A stretch of 6,420 nt of DNA from a virus (taxonomy: Duplodnaviria; Heunggongvirae; Uroviricota; Caudoviricetes). A program made the translations under genes and the position numbers. The number at the start of each line of letters is the position of its first letter. The first letter of the stretch is position 1. Positions 1-5,765 of this stretch are shown here, in pieces. The stretch is taken from the IMG/VR virus record IMGVR_UViG_2675903352_000008; one strand, given 5' to 3'. The notes below the pieces were generated by a model that saw only the letters and a program-made list of their open reading frames with translations, did not search any database and was not told the origin of the DNA.

Positions 1-45
1 TTAATGCACGCGAGAAATTCGGGTGTCCTGAAGTGGAAAGCATGA
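1..45 (+). CDS. 3' end of an upstream nin-region gene (partial, ...LMHARNSGVLKWKA*)
   Basis: Open frame runs from the window edge to TGA at 43-45, directly abutting the rusA ATG at 46. Too short to identify. Confidence 0.25.
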   Translation, partial: LMHARNSGVLKWKA

Positions 46-411
46 ATGACTGAACGCATAGAATTTGTTTTGCCTTACCCGCCGACGGTGAATACTTACT
101 GGCGACGTCGTGGCAACACATATTTTGTGTCAAAAGCCGGTGAGCGTTATCGCCGTGATGTGGCGCTAATTGTTCGCCAGCAGCGGCTGAAATTAAACCT
201 GTCCGGAAGGCTGGCGATAAAGATTATTGCAGAGCCACCGGATAAGCGCCGTCGTGACCTGGACAATATCCTGAAAGCACCACTGGATGCGCTGACGCAT
301 GCCGGACTTCTCATAGACGACGAGCAGTTTGATGAAATCAATATTGTGCGCGGTCAGCTCGTTCCTGGTGGGCGGCTGGGGATAAAAATCACAGAACTGG
401 AGTGCGCATGA
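46..411 (+). CDS. rusA: Holliday junction resolvase RusA (crossover junction endodeoxyribonuclease)
   Basis: 121-aa ORF. Size, the RRDLDN acidic motif and overall similarity to E. coli RusA as recalled from memory; sits at the classic position just upstream of Q. Stop TGA 409-411 overlaps the next ATG (ATGA). Confidence 0.85.
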   Translation: MTERIEFVLPYPPTVNTYWRRRGNTYFVSKAGERYRRDVALIVRQQRLKLNLSGRLAIKIIAEPPDKRRRDLDNILKAPLDALTHAGLLIDDEQFDEINIVRGQLVPGGRLGIKITELECA

Positions 412-1097
412 ATAGCCAGTATTTACAGTTTGTGCGTGAGCAGCTCATTATCGCCACCGCTGATTTGAGTGGGGCAACAAAAGGTCAGCTTGAAGCCTGG
501 CAGGAGAATGCCATGTTCGATACAGGGCGTTACAGGCGTAAAAAAATCCGGTACCGGGATGAGGTGACTGGAAAAATGATAACGCGGGATAATCCACCAA
601 TCCCGGGAAAACAATCACTGGCGAAGGGGACGTCAATTCCTCTGGTCAGTCCGGTTGAGTTTTCGACATCATCGTGGCGGCGGGCTGTTCTGTCTCTTGA
701 AGAACATCATAAAGCCTGGTTGTTGTGGTGTTACAGCGGGAATATTTGTTGGGAATATCAGATCGCGATAACACAGTGGGCGTGGAATGAATTTAATACT
801 CAATCCGGTACCAGAAAAATTGCAGGGAAAACGCAGGAACGCCTGAAAAAATTAATCTGGCTGGCGGCGCAGGCAGTAAAAGCAGAACTTTTTGGTGGGG
901 AAGGTTATGAATACCAGGAGCTGGCATTACTGGCGGGAGTGACAACTAAAAACTGGTCCAAAACATTTACTCGTCACTGGGTTGCAATGAAACACATTTT
1001 TTACCGACTGGATAGTGAGGCTTTATTGTTTGTAATGAGAACACGTTCAAAACAAAAGGTGGCATTTTCAAAGCAAAGTGTTGCAAAAGTAGATTGA
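408..1097 (+). CDS. Putative late-gene antiterminator (Q-like), family unassigned
   Basis: 230-aa ORF starting at ATG 408 (GGAG at 399-402, 5-nt spacing), overlapping the rusA stop. Assigned by synteny: immediately after rusA and immediately before a strong promoter, a terminator and the lysis genes. Trp-rich with only 2 Cys, so no lambda-Q-type Cys4 zinc finger. The track start at 402 is an in-frame GTG with no better RBS. Confidence 0.55.
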   Translation: MNSQYLQFVREQLIIATADLSGATKGQLEAWQENAMFDTGRYRRKKIRYRDEVTGKMITRDNPPIPGKQSLAKGTSIPLVSPVEFSTSSWRRAVLSLEEHHKAWLLWCYSGNICWEYQIAITQWAWNEFNTQSGTRKIAGKTQERLKKLIWLAAQAVKAELFGGEGYEYQELALLAGVTTKNWSKTFTRHWVAMKHIFYRLDSEALLFVMRTRSKQKVAFSKQSVAKVD

Positions 1098-1109
1098 AAG
1101 GCATATATT
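1081..1109 (+). promoter_or_regulatory. Putative late promoter (pR'-like): TTGCAA-N17-TATATT
   Basis: -35 TTGCAA at 1081-1086, 17-bp spacer, -10 TATATT at 1104-1109; predicted start near 1116. Overlaps the last codons of the Q-like gene. A -10-like TGATATTTT at 1121-1129 lies in the initial transcribed region, where a sigma-dependent pause element would be expected. Confidence 0.5.
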
Positions 1110-1130
1110 TCATGCAAATCTGATATTTTG

Positions 1131-1184
1131 CCGATTTTGCCGATTTTGCCGATTTTGCCGATTTTGCCGATTTTGCCGATTTTG
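1131..1184 (+). repeat. Tandem direct repeat, 6 perfect copies of CCGATTTTG (9 bp), preceded by a degenerate copy TGATATTTTG at 1121-1130
   Basis: Read directly: six perfect head-to-tail units at 1131-1139, 1140-1148, 1149-1157, 1158-1166, 1167-1175 and 1176-1184. No spacers, so not CRISPR. Confidence 0.95.
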
Positions 1185-1207
1185 TACGTGATGGCAAAAG
1201 CAAACAA

Positions 1208-1232
1208 AACCCGCCCACAAGCGGGTTTTTTT
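1208..1232 (+). terminator. Rho-independent terminator (tR'-like) ending the short late leader
   Basis: Stem AACCCGC (1208-1214) / GCGGGTT (1221-1227), loop CCACAA, followed by a run of 7 T (1226-1232). Confidence 0.8.
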
Positions 1233-1314
1233 GTGCCACTTATCTCGGATAGATATGGTGAATGCGCTGGTGGAGGAAGTAAGGGTGATTTTTAATCAGG
1301 TGATTTTTGAATGC

Positions 1315-1343
1315 TTGCAACATTGATTTCGTAACGTTATTAT
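1315..1343 (+). promoter_or_regulatory. Putative sigma70 promoter of the tRNA array: TTGCAA-N17-TATTAT
   Basis: -35 TTGCAA 1315-1320, 17-bp spacer, -10 TATTAT 1338-1343, GC-rich discriminator CCTGCACCC, predicted start 2-3 nt before tRNA 1. Upstream AT-rich direct repeat GGTGATTTTT x2 (about 1284-1308) resembles an UP element. Confidence 0.5.
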
Positions 1344-1352
1344 CCTGCACCC

Positions 1353-1428
1353 GGCCCTTTAGCTCAGTGGTGAGAGCGAGCGACTCATAATCGCCAGGTC
1401 GCTGGTTCAAATCCAGCAAGGGCCACCA
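1353..1428 (+). tRNA. tRNA with anticodon CAU, ileX/ileZ-like (tRNA-Ile2 lysidine type, or Met)
   Basis: 76-nt cloverleaf: acceptor GGCCCTT/AAGGGCC, D-loop with GG, anticodon loop CTCATAA, T-loop TTCAAAT, encoded CCA. Strong similarity to E. coli ileX as recalled. Confidence 0.85.
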
Positions 1429-1429
1429 A

Positions 1430-1506
1430 CCGCCACTAGCTCATCAGGAAAGAGCGTCAACCCTTTAAGTTGAGTGTGCGAGGTTCGAGTCCCCGGTGGC
1501 GGTCCA
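1430..1506 (+). tRNA. tRNA-like gene with atypical anticodon loop CCTTTAA (formal anticodon UUU, C at position 33)
   Basis: Perfect 7-bp acceptor stem CCGCCAC/GTGGCGG, D-arm GCTC/GAGC with GG in loop, anticodon stem TCAAC/GTTGA, T-arm CGAGG-TTCGAGT-CCCCG, discriminator T, encoded CCA. Only the anticodon loop is non-canonical. Confidence 0.6.
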
Positions 1507-1508
1507 GT

Positions 1509-1584
<76 letters not shown>

Positions 1585-1587
1585 TAT

Positions 1588-1662
<75 letters not shown>

Positions 1663-1769
1663 GTATTTATCTGCATATTTCCTTTTGAGTCCCGTTTTGT
1701 TAGAGGTATTGGGCTGTTGACGGGGCTGATATCCACTCTCCACCTTTCAGGGAGATAGGATTTAAGGAG

Positions 1770-1807
1770 CCAACCGGTTAGAGTCTGCTTTGTTCCTAAC
1801 CAGTTGG
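1770..1807 (+). other. Inverted repeat / hairpin between the tRNA array and the 3' end of the convergent moron
   Basis: CCAACCGGTTAG (1770-1781) pairs with CTAACCAGTTGG (1796-1807), 11 of 12 bp, 14-nt loop, then T-rich TTATGTTATTTGAG. Could terminate tRNA-array transcripts before they run antisense into the moron. Confidence 0.3.
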
Positions 1808-1825
1808 TTATGTTATTTGAGATGG

Positions 1826-2389
1826 TTAGTTTTTATTCGCCGTCCATTTACCACAAATTGGTCTGGAGAAGATTGCCAGAATGGCAATAAAGGATATTTC
1901 AATTGAAACAGACCAGCATATATGTCCAATCAGTTCGCTCCAGAATTCATAGCCGTTTAGATTCCATAGCCACCCTCTTTCATGGCCGGGAAGATACGCG
2001 GGAAATCTGAAGCCCAGTGCGGGTATTAAAATACCATGCATGACTAATGTAATAAGAATTCCATATACAGCCCCATACCACATGCGGACTCGTGGAATAA
2101 AAACAGACAGGTATATGTATACAAAGGCAAAAATGAAACTAAAAAGCCAATGATAGAGCATAACAGCTCCGGGAATTGTTACTCCCTGGTAAATGTAATC
2201 CAGCGAGTGTGAATTTATTCCCAGAAAACCCAACCAGGCGTCGATATTCATTGCTGGTGGAGAAATTTCTCCGGCCATTCTTGGGGGCATGTTAGCTTCA
2301 GTTCCTGATTTCACCAGAGAGCTGATCGCGCCACCGACCAGTGTTGCCCAAAGTATGATTTTTAGATTTACACTATTCCATTTACACAT
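1826..2389 (-). CDS. Inner-membrane protein moron, about 4 TM helices, possibly DUF1440/YagU-like
   Basis: 187-aa ORF from ATG 2389..2387 with a strong SD (AGAGG, 6-nt spacing) to TAA at 1826-1828. Four hydrophobic segments. Motifs (VKSGTEANMPPR, SELIGHICWSVSIE) resemble my recollection of YagU/DUF1440, but this is unverified. Transcribed opposite to the late operon. Confidence 0.7.
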   Translation of the reverse strand: MCKWNSVNLKIILWATLVGGAISSLVKSGTEANMPPRMAGEISPPAMNIDAWLGFLGINSHSLDYIYQGVTIPGAVMLYHWLFSFIFAFVYIYLSVFIPRVRMWYGAVYGILITLVMHGILIPALGFRFPAYLPGHERGWLWNLNGYEFWSELIGHICWSVSIEISFIAILAIFSRPICGKWTANKN

Positions 2390-2672
2390 AAACAACCTCT
2401 TGTTTGTTGGGTTGGGGTTATCATACATGACTGCTTGTTGCGATTTTGTATTGTAATGTTTCTGTTTATTGTCTTTTGTGTTGTTTGTCTCTTTAGTGTT
2501 CAGTGTGTGACTATGTACACTCTGTATAGTGGGGGCTCCCGTTGGTGCAGAGAATAACGAAATCTGAAAATAACCGTTTTCAGTTGTGGCGCTCGCAACA
2601 AAAGCGCATGCTGACTGTGCGAAGATAATCTCGCTGTGACGAGTAATCTCGAACGTCATTGTTTTCATTTAT

Positions 2673-2699
2673 GCCAGCTACCCAAAGCTGGCTTTTTTT
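2673..2699 (+). terminator. Rho-independent terminator, plus orientation
   Basis: Stem GCCAGCT (2673-2679) / AGCTGGC (2686-2692), loop ACCCAA, then 7 T (2693-2699). Confidence 0.7.
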
Positions 2700-2702
2700 G
2701 AG

Positions 2703-2725
2703 GTCTGCTCCGGCAGGCTTTTTTT
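2703..2725 (+). terminator. Second tandem rho-independent terminator, plus orientation
   Basis: Stem GTCTGC (2703-2708) / GCAGGC (2713-2718) with one G-U pair, loop TCCG, then 7 T (2719-2725). Confidence 0.55.
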
Positions 2726-2743
2726 ATTCCGGCATATATAACT

Positions 2744-2920
2744 ATGGAGTATTGCGACAACCTGATAAAAGTCTGCATATCGCGATCCAACGGTAGAAGC
2801 GATAAACGGGCTGAGCGATATGTTTCCAGAGGAGAAGAGGTTGAGCGATACGAAGAAACAGCTAAGTATATTAAGAGAATGTTAATGTGCTTCATTGCTG
2901 ATCAGAAGCTATCGGGATAA
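2744..2920 (+). CDS. Hypothetical small protein (58 aa), not in the ORF track
   Basis: My own translation, ATG 2744 to TAA 2918-2920: MEYCDNLIKVCISRSNGRSDKRAERYVSRGEEVERYEETAKYIKRMLMCFIADQKLSG. Charged and hydrophilic. No clear SD upstream, so weakly supported. Confidence 0.2.
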   Translation: MEYCDNLIKVCISRSNGRSDKRAERYVSRGEEVERYEETAKYIKRMLMCFIADQKLSG

Positions 2921-2940
2921 TCATCAGTTTTTTGTATTGA

Positions 2941-2963
2941 GGCTCGCTACGGCGGGCCTTTTT
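2941..2963 (+). terminator. Terminator-like hairpin, plus orientation
   Basis: Stem GGCTCGC (2941-2947) / GCGGGCC (2952-2958) with one G-U pair, loop TACG, then TTTTT (2959-2963). Confidence 0.45.
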
Positions 2964-3043
2964 CACATCCGCGTCACGCCCGGCGCACATCACATCAGAT
3001 AACGCTATACAAAAGGCATCTTCGGGTGCCTTTGATGGGGGGG

Positions 3044-3065
3044 CGGGCCGCTGGTGGCTTTTTTT
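3044..3065 (+). terminator. G/C-rich element followed by a T7 run immediately upstream of the holin RBS (weak terminator-like)
   Basis: GC-rich GGGGGGGCGGGCCGCTGGTGGC followed by TTTTTTT (3059-3065). Only a short stem can be drawn, so assignment is tentative. Confidence 0.3.
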
Positions 3066-3104
3066 GTTTCCATTACACAGCACCCGCATCAGCGAGGTGG
3101 GGTT

Positions 3105-3320
3105 ATGAAATCCATGGATAAGTTAACAACGGGTGTCGCCTATGGCACCTCAGCAGGTAGTGCCGGGTACTGGTTTTTACAGTTGCTCGATAAAGTCACG
3201 CCCTCACAGTGGGCGGCAATAGGTGTGCTGGGTAGTCTGATATTTGGCTTGCTGACGTATCTGACAAACCTTTATTTCAAGATTAAAGAAGATAAGCGTA
3301 AGGCTGCGAGAGGTGAATAA
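3105..3320 (+). CDS. S: Phage-21-type pinholin/antiholin (S21-like), 71 aa, dual-start motif MKSM
   Basis: SD GAGGTGG upstream of ATG 3105; second in-frame ATG at 3114 gives the Met4 (68-aa) form. Sequence [26 protein letters not shown]...[16 protein letters not shown] closely matches S21 as recalled. The track start at 3054 lacks an RBS. Stop TAA overlaps the R start (TAATG). Confidence 0.9.
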   Translation: MKSMDKLTTGVAYGTSAGSAGYWFLQLLDKVTPSQWAAIGVLGSLIFGLLTYLTNLYFKIKEDKRKAARGE

Positions 3321-3817
3321 TGTCGCCATCATTACGCAAGGCTGTTGCTGCTGCTATTGGTGGTGGGGCTGTTGCCATAGCGTCTGTGCTCATCACTGGT
3401 CCGAGTGGTGACGATGGTCTGGAAGGTGTCAGCTACATACCATACAAAGATATCGTTGGCGTATGGACTGTATGTCACGGACACACCGGAAAAGACATCA
3501 TTCCCGGTAAAACGTATACCGAAGCAGAATGCAAAGCCCTCCTGAATAAAGACCTTGCCACGGTCGCCAGACAAATTAACCCGTACATCAAAGTCGATAT
3601 ACCGGAAACAACGCGCGGCGCTCTTTACTCGTTCGTTTACAACGTGGGTGCTGGTAATTTCAGAACATCGACGCTTCTTCGCAAAATAAACCAGGGCGAT
3701 ATCAAAGGCGCATGTGATCAGCTACGGCGCTGGACATACGCTGGCGGTAAGCAATGGAAAGGACTGATGACTCGCCGTGAGATTGAGCGTGAAGTCTGTT
3801 TATGGGGGCAACAATGA
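3320..3817 (+). CDS. R: SAR (signal-anchor-release) endolysin, T4-lysozyme-type muramidase (R21-like)
   Basis: 165 aa. N-terminal Gly/Ala-rich weakly hydrophobic segment [18 protein letters not shown] typical of a SAR domain, followed by an E-(8)-D-(5)-T catalytic arrangement ([18 protein letters not shown]). Matches R21 as recalled. Start overlaps the S stop. Confidence 0.9.
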   Translation: MSPSLRKAVAAAIGGGAVAIASVLITGPSGDDGLEGVSYIPYKDIVGVWTVCHGHTGKDIIPGKTYTEAECKALLNKDLATVARQINPYIKVDIPETTRGALYSFVYNVGAGNFRTSTLLRKINQGDIKGACDQLRRWTYAGGKQWKGLMTRREIEREVCLWGQQ

Positions 3818-4281
3818 GCAGAGTTACCGCGATTATCTCCACACTGGTTATCTGCATCATCGTCTGCCTGTCGTTGGCGGTCAATCATTACCGTGATAAT
3901 GCCATCGCCTACAAAGAACAGCGTGATAAAAAAGTCAGTGAGCTGAAGCAGGCGATCGCCACCATCGCTGACATGCAGCAGCGTCAGCGTGATGTTGCTG
4001 CGCTAGATGCAAAGTACTTGAGAGAATTAGCCAATGCGAAAGCTGAAAATGAAACTCTGCGCGCTGATGTTGCCGCTGGTCGTAAGCGCCTGCGGGTCAA
4101 TGCCAGTTGCTCCGCAGCCGTGCGTGAGGCCACCGGCCCCACCCGCGTGGATAATGCAACCAGCCCCCGACTGGCAGACACCGCTGAGCGGGATTATTTC
4201 ACCCTCAGAGAACGGCTGATGACAATGCAAAAGCAACTGGAAGGGGCACAGGAATATATCCGTACCCAGTGTATACCGTGA
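3814..4281 (+). CDS. Rz: Rz i-spanin (inner-membrane spanin subunit)
   Basis: ATG 3814 overlaps the R stop (ATGA) with a G-rich SD upstream. N-terminal TM segment [18 protein letters not shown], then charged coiled-coil-like periplasmic region. The track start at 3802 is an alternative in-frame ATG. Confidence 0.85.
   Translation: MSRVTAIISTLVICIIVCLSLAVNHYRDNAIAYKEQRDKKVSELKQAIATIADMQQRQRDVAALDAKYLRELANAKAENETLRADVAAGRKRLRVNASCSAAVREATGPTRVDNATSPRLADTAERDYFTLRERLMTMQKQLEGAQEYIRTQCIP
4034..4219 (+). CDS. Rz1: Rz1 o-spanin (outer-membrane lipoprotein), fully nested in Rz in the +1 frame
   Basis: 61 aa: signal peptide with lipobox LVVSAC, proline-rich mature domain ([16 protein letters not shown]), nested inside Rz; the hallmark Rz/Rz1 arrangement. 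Confidence 0.75.
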   Translation: MRKLKMKLCALMLPLVVSACGSMPVAPQPCVRPPAPPAWIMQPAPDWQTPLSGIISPSENG

Positions 4282-4746
4282 TGTTTTGTTATAAAGGTGT
4301 TGATGGTTGTGTTAGGGGGGATTTAACAAAAAGCCAGTTCCGGACTTTATAGTGTGCTCAGATCATGGCCAAAAACGATTTCTGTGATAAATATTTTGAA
4401 TATTATTTACAGGTAAATGACGTGGGTCGCATGAATGAAAATATTACAATAGAGTATTAAGTATATGTTCATATTGTATGGGCTGAGAAGGCAAAACACG
4501 GTAATTCCTTATGTTGCTATGATACTTGATTGGCAGAATAGTTATTTGGTCTTGAGTATATAGTCAGCGTTTTTTGTTCAGTAATAGTTCTTTCAGTAAA
4601 AAACAATAAATAGCGTGATTATTTCTGTTTGTTATTTATATTTTTGTTTGTTGTTTTATTGTCTTTCTGTGGAGGGGGGAGTATTGTTCCCTTATTAAGG
4701 GCAGGTAAATTTAGAATGGTAATCTGTAGATAATTGGAGGTCACTT

Positions 4747-5061
4747 ATGCTACATGATCACCTGGCTGAATGTCTGGAGAAAAAAGGACTGTACCGGAGA
4801 GCGGCTGAACGATGGGCAAAAGTGATGGTACAGCTAAGTGATGATCAGAAAAGAAAAATCGCGGCACAGAAACGAGCAGAGTGTTTGCGTAAGGCGCGCC
4901 GGACTTCGGTTGCACCGGTGAATCTGACAGAAATAAAGCAAGCGGTCAACAGACTACATTCTGAGTTGGGAATGGGATTTGAAGAGCGGCGGATATTCCG
5001 ACGATATAAAGGGACAGGAGAACAGAATACGTCCGGAAACGCGCGGTCAAAAAAATGCTAA
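4747..5061 (+). CDS. PerC/Pch-family small transcriptional regulator (prophage moron)
   Basis: 104 aa. SD GGAGG (4736-4740) 6 nt before the ATG. N-terminal motif LEKKGLYRRAAERWAKVM resembles the PerC-family signature as recalled; basic C-terminus. Preceded by about 460 bp of AT-rich DNA. Confidence 0.55.
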   Translation: MLHDHLAECLEKKGLYRRAAERWAKVMVQLSDDQKRKIAAQKRAECLRKARRTSVAPVNLTEIKQAVNRLHSELGMGFEERRIFRRYKGTGEQNTSGNARSKKC

Positions 5062-5096
5062 AAAATATCTGAGAAAGTTATTGCCTGTTACCATAA

Positions 5097-5125
5097 TAAA
5101 AAGCGACTTTAGTAGTCGCTTTTTG
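5097..5125. terminator. Bidirectional rho-independent terminator after the PerC-like gene
   Basis: Perfect stem AGCGACT (5102-5108) / AGTCGCT (5114-5120), loop TTAGT, flanked by an A-run upstream and a T-run downstream. Confidence 0.75.
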
Positions 5126-5564
5126 TGTCATATATACGTCGTTTAAGTAAACCTGTCTGAACAGGTGCTCTGGTCGTGTTTGTTTTTGTTGGGTACAAAT
5201 TGAGAATGTTTTTCATTAATTAGTCTTCTTCAGCAGACTTCAATAATCCACGCTGAAAAAATTCCTGAACCTTTCTGACCAAAAGCGATGTTAATTTGTT
5301 CAATCATCTGGTTTGGAAATCGGATGTTGAGGGCTGTTGTTCTGCGGGTTCTGTTCTTTGATGACATAATGTTGCCCCATATTCAGTGTTGCTGGTTTGT
5401 ATTTTCTGAAGTTGCTTTTACGTTAATTTGATGTGGATCAATTGATGCAATGCCTGCGTCATAATTGATCATTTCTTGTGGTTAGATTGCGTACACACAC
5501 GTTCTGATGAGTCATCATGCAGATGATAACTATTCTCATTTTTTGTGGGTCCTTTCCGGCGATC

Positions 5565-5760
5565 TGACAGGCTACGGGGCGGAAGGCGCGCGGATTTTCG
5601 CTATTTATGAAAATTTTCCGGTTTAAGGCGTTTCCGTTCTTCTTCTCCGTAACGTCATGTTTTTATTTAAAACCCCCCCTGAAAAGAAAGGAAACGACAG
5701 GTGCTGAAAACGGGCTTTTTGGCCTCTGTCGTTTCCTTTCTCTGTTTTTGTCCGTGGAAT
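5565..5760 (+). other. Lambda-type cos site: cosN (variant 12-mer at 5577-5588) plus cosB with Nu1/IHF-binding elements
   Basis: Near base-for-base match to the lambda genome ends as recalled (right end ...CCGGTGATCCGACAGGTTACG, left end GGGCGGCGACCTCGCGGGTTTTCGCTATTTATGAAAATTTTCCGG...). Here the cosN-equivalent reads GGGCGGAAGGCG. Inverted R-element pair GAAAGGAAACGACAG / CTGTCGTTTCCTTTC is conserved. Confidence 0.8.
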
Positions 5761-5765
5761 GAACA

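Noticed and set aside
147-636. Minus-strand ORFs 147..341, 423..614 and 448..636
   Set aside because: Entirely antisense within rusA and the Q-like gene, with no RBS and Arg/Ser-rich composition typical of antisense frames of GC-rich coding DNA.
1131-1184. Possible CRISPR array
   Set aside because: Units are 9 bp and directly abutting with no spacers; no cas genes; inconsistent with CRISPR.
967-1239. Minus-strand ORFs 967..1239 (90 aa, SAKSAK repeats) and 1001..1207 (68 aa, GKIGKI repeats)
   Set aside because: They are translations of the 9-bp tandem repeat and terminator region; the periodic dipeptide/tripeptide content is a repeat artefact, and they are antisense to the Q-like gene's 3' end and the late promoter.
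2390-2668. N-terminal 93 codons of track ORF 1826..2668 (full 280-aa version)
   Set aside because: This part translates low-complexity sequence (TKETNNTKDNKQKHYNTKSQQA) from a T/G-rich stretch with no RBS at 2668, whereas the internal ATG at 2389 has a strong AGAGG SD and begins exactly at the first TM segment.
2665-3089. Minus-strand ORFs 2665..2895 (76 aa) and 2892..3089 (65 aa)
   Set aside because: They run through the plus-oriented terminator hairpins and T-runs, lack an SD, and have proline/arginine-rich low-complexity translations; most likely non-coding.
3054-3104. Upstream extension of the holin ORF to ATG 3054 (88-aa version)
   Set aside because: No RBS; the extension overlaps the T-run of the last terminator-like element. 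The SD GAGGTGG sits correctly for ATG 3105, giving the 71-aa S21-type protein with the MKSM dual start.
1663-3104. Shiga toxin or other AB5 toxin genes downstream of the phage tRNAs
   Set aside because: Looked for because of the Q-tRNA-stx-S arrangement in Stx phages; the interval instead holds a minus-strand membrane protein and terminators, with no signal-peptide A/B subunit pair.
3332-4236. Minus-strand ORFs 3332..3574, 3702..3884, 3984..4181 and 4027..4236
   Set aside because: Antisense within the endolysin and Rz genes; no RBS or recognisable features. The plus-frame nested ORF 4034..4219 was kept instead because it has a lipoprotein signal and lipobox.
5130-5560. Small minus-strand ORFs of 25-26 aa in the gap upstream of cos
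   Set aside because: Very short, no RBS and nothing recognisable; the region more likely holds cosQ and non-coding spacer. Not reported as genes.
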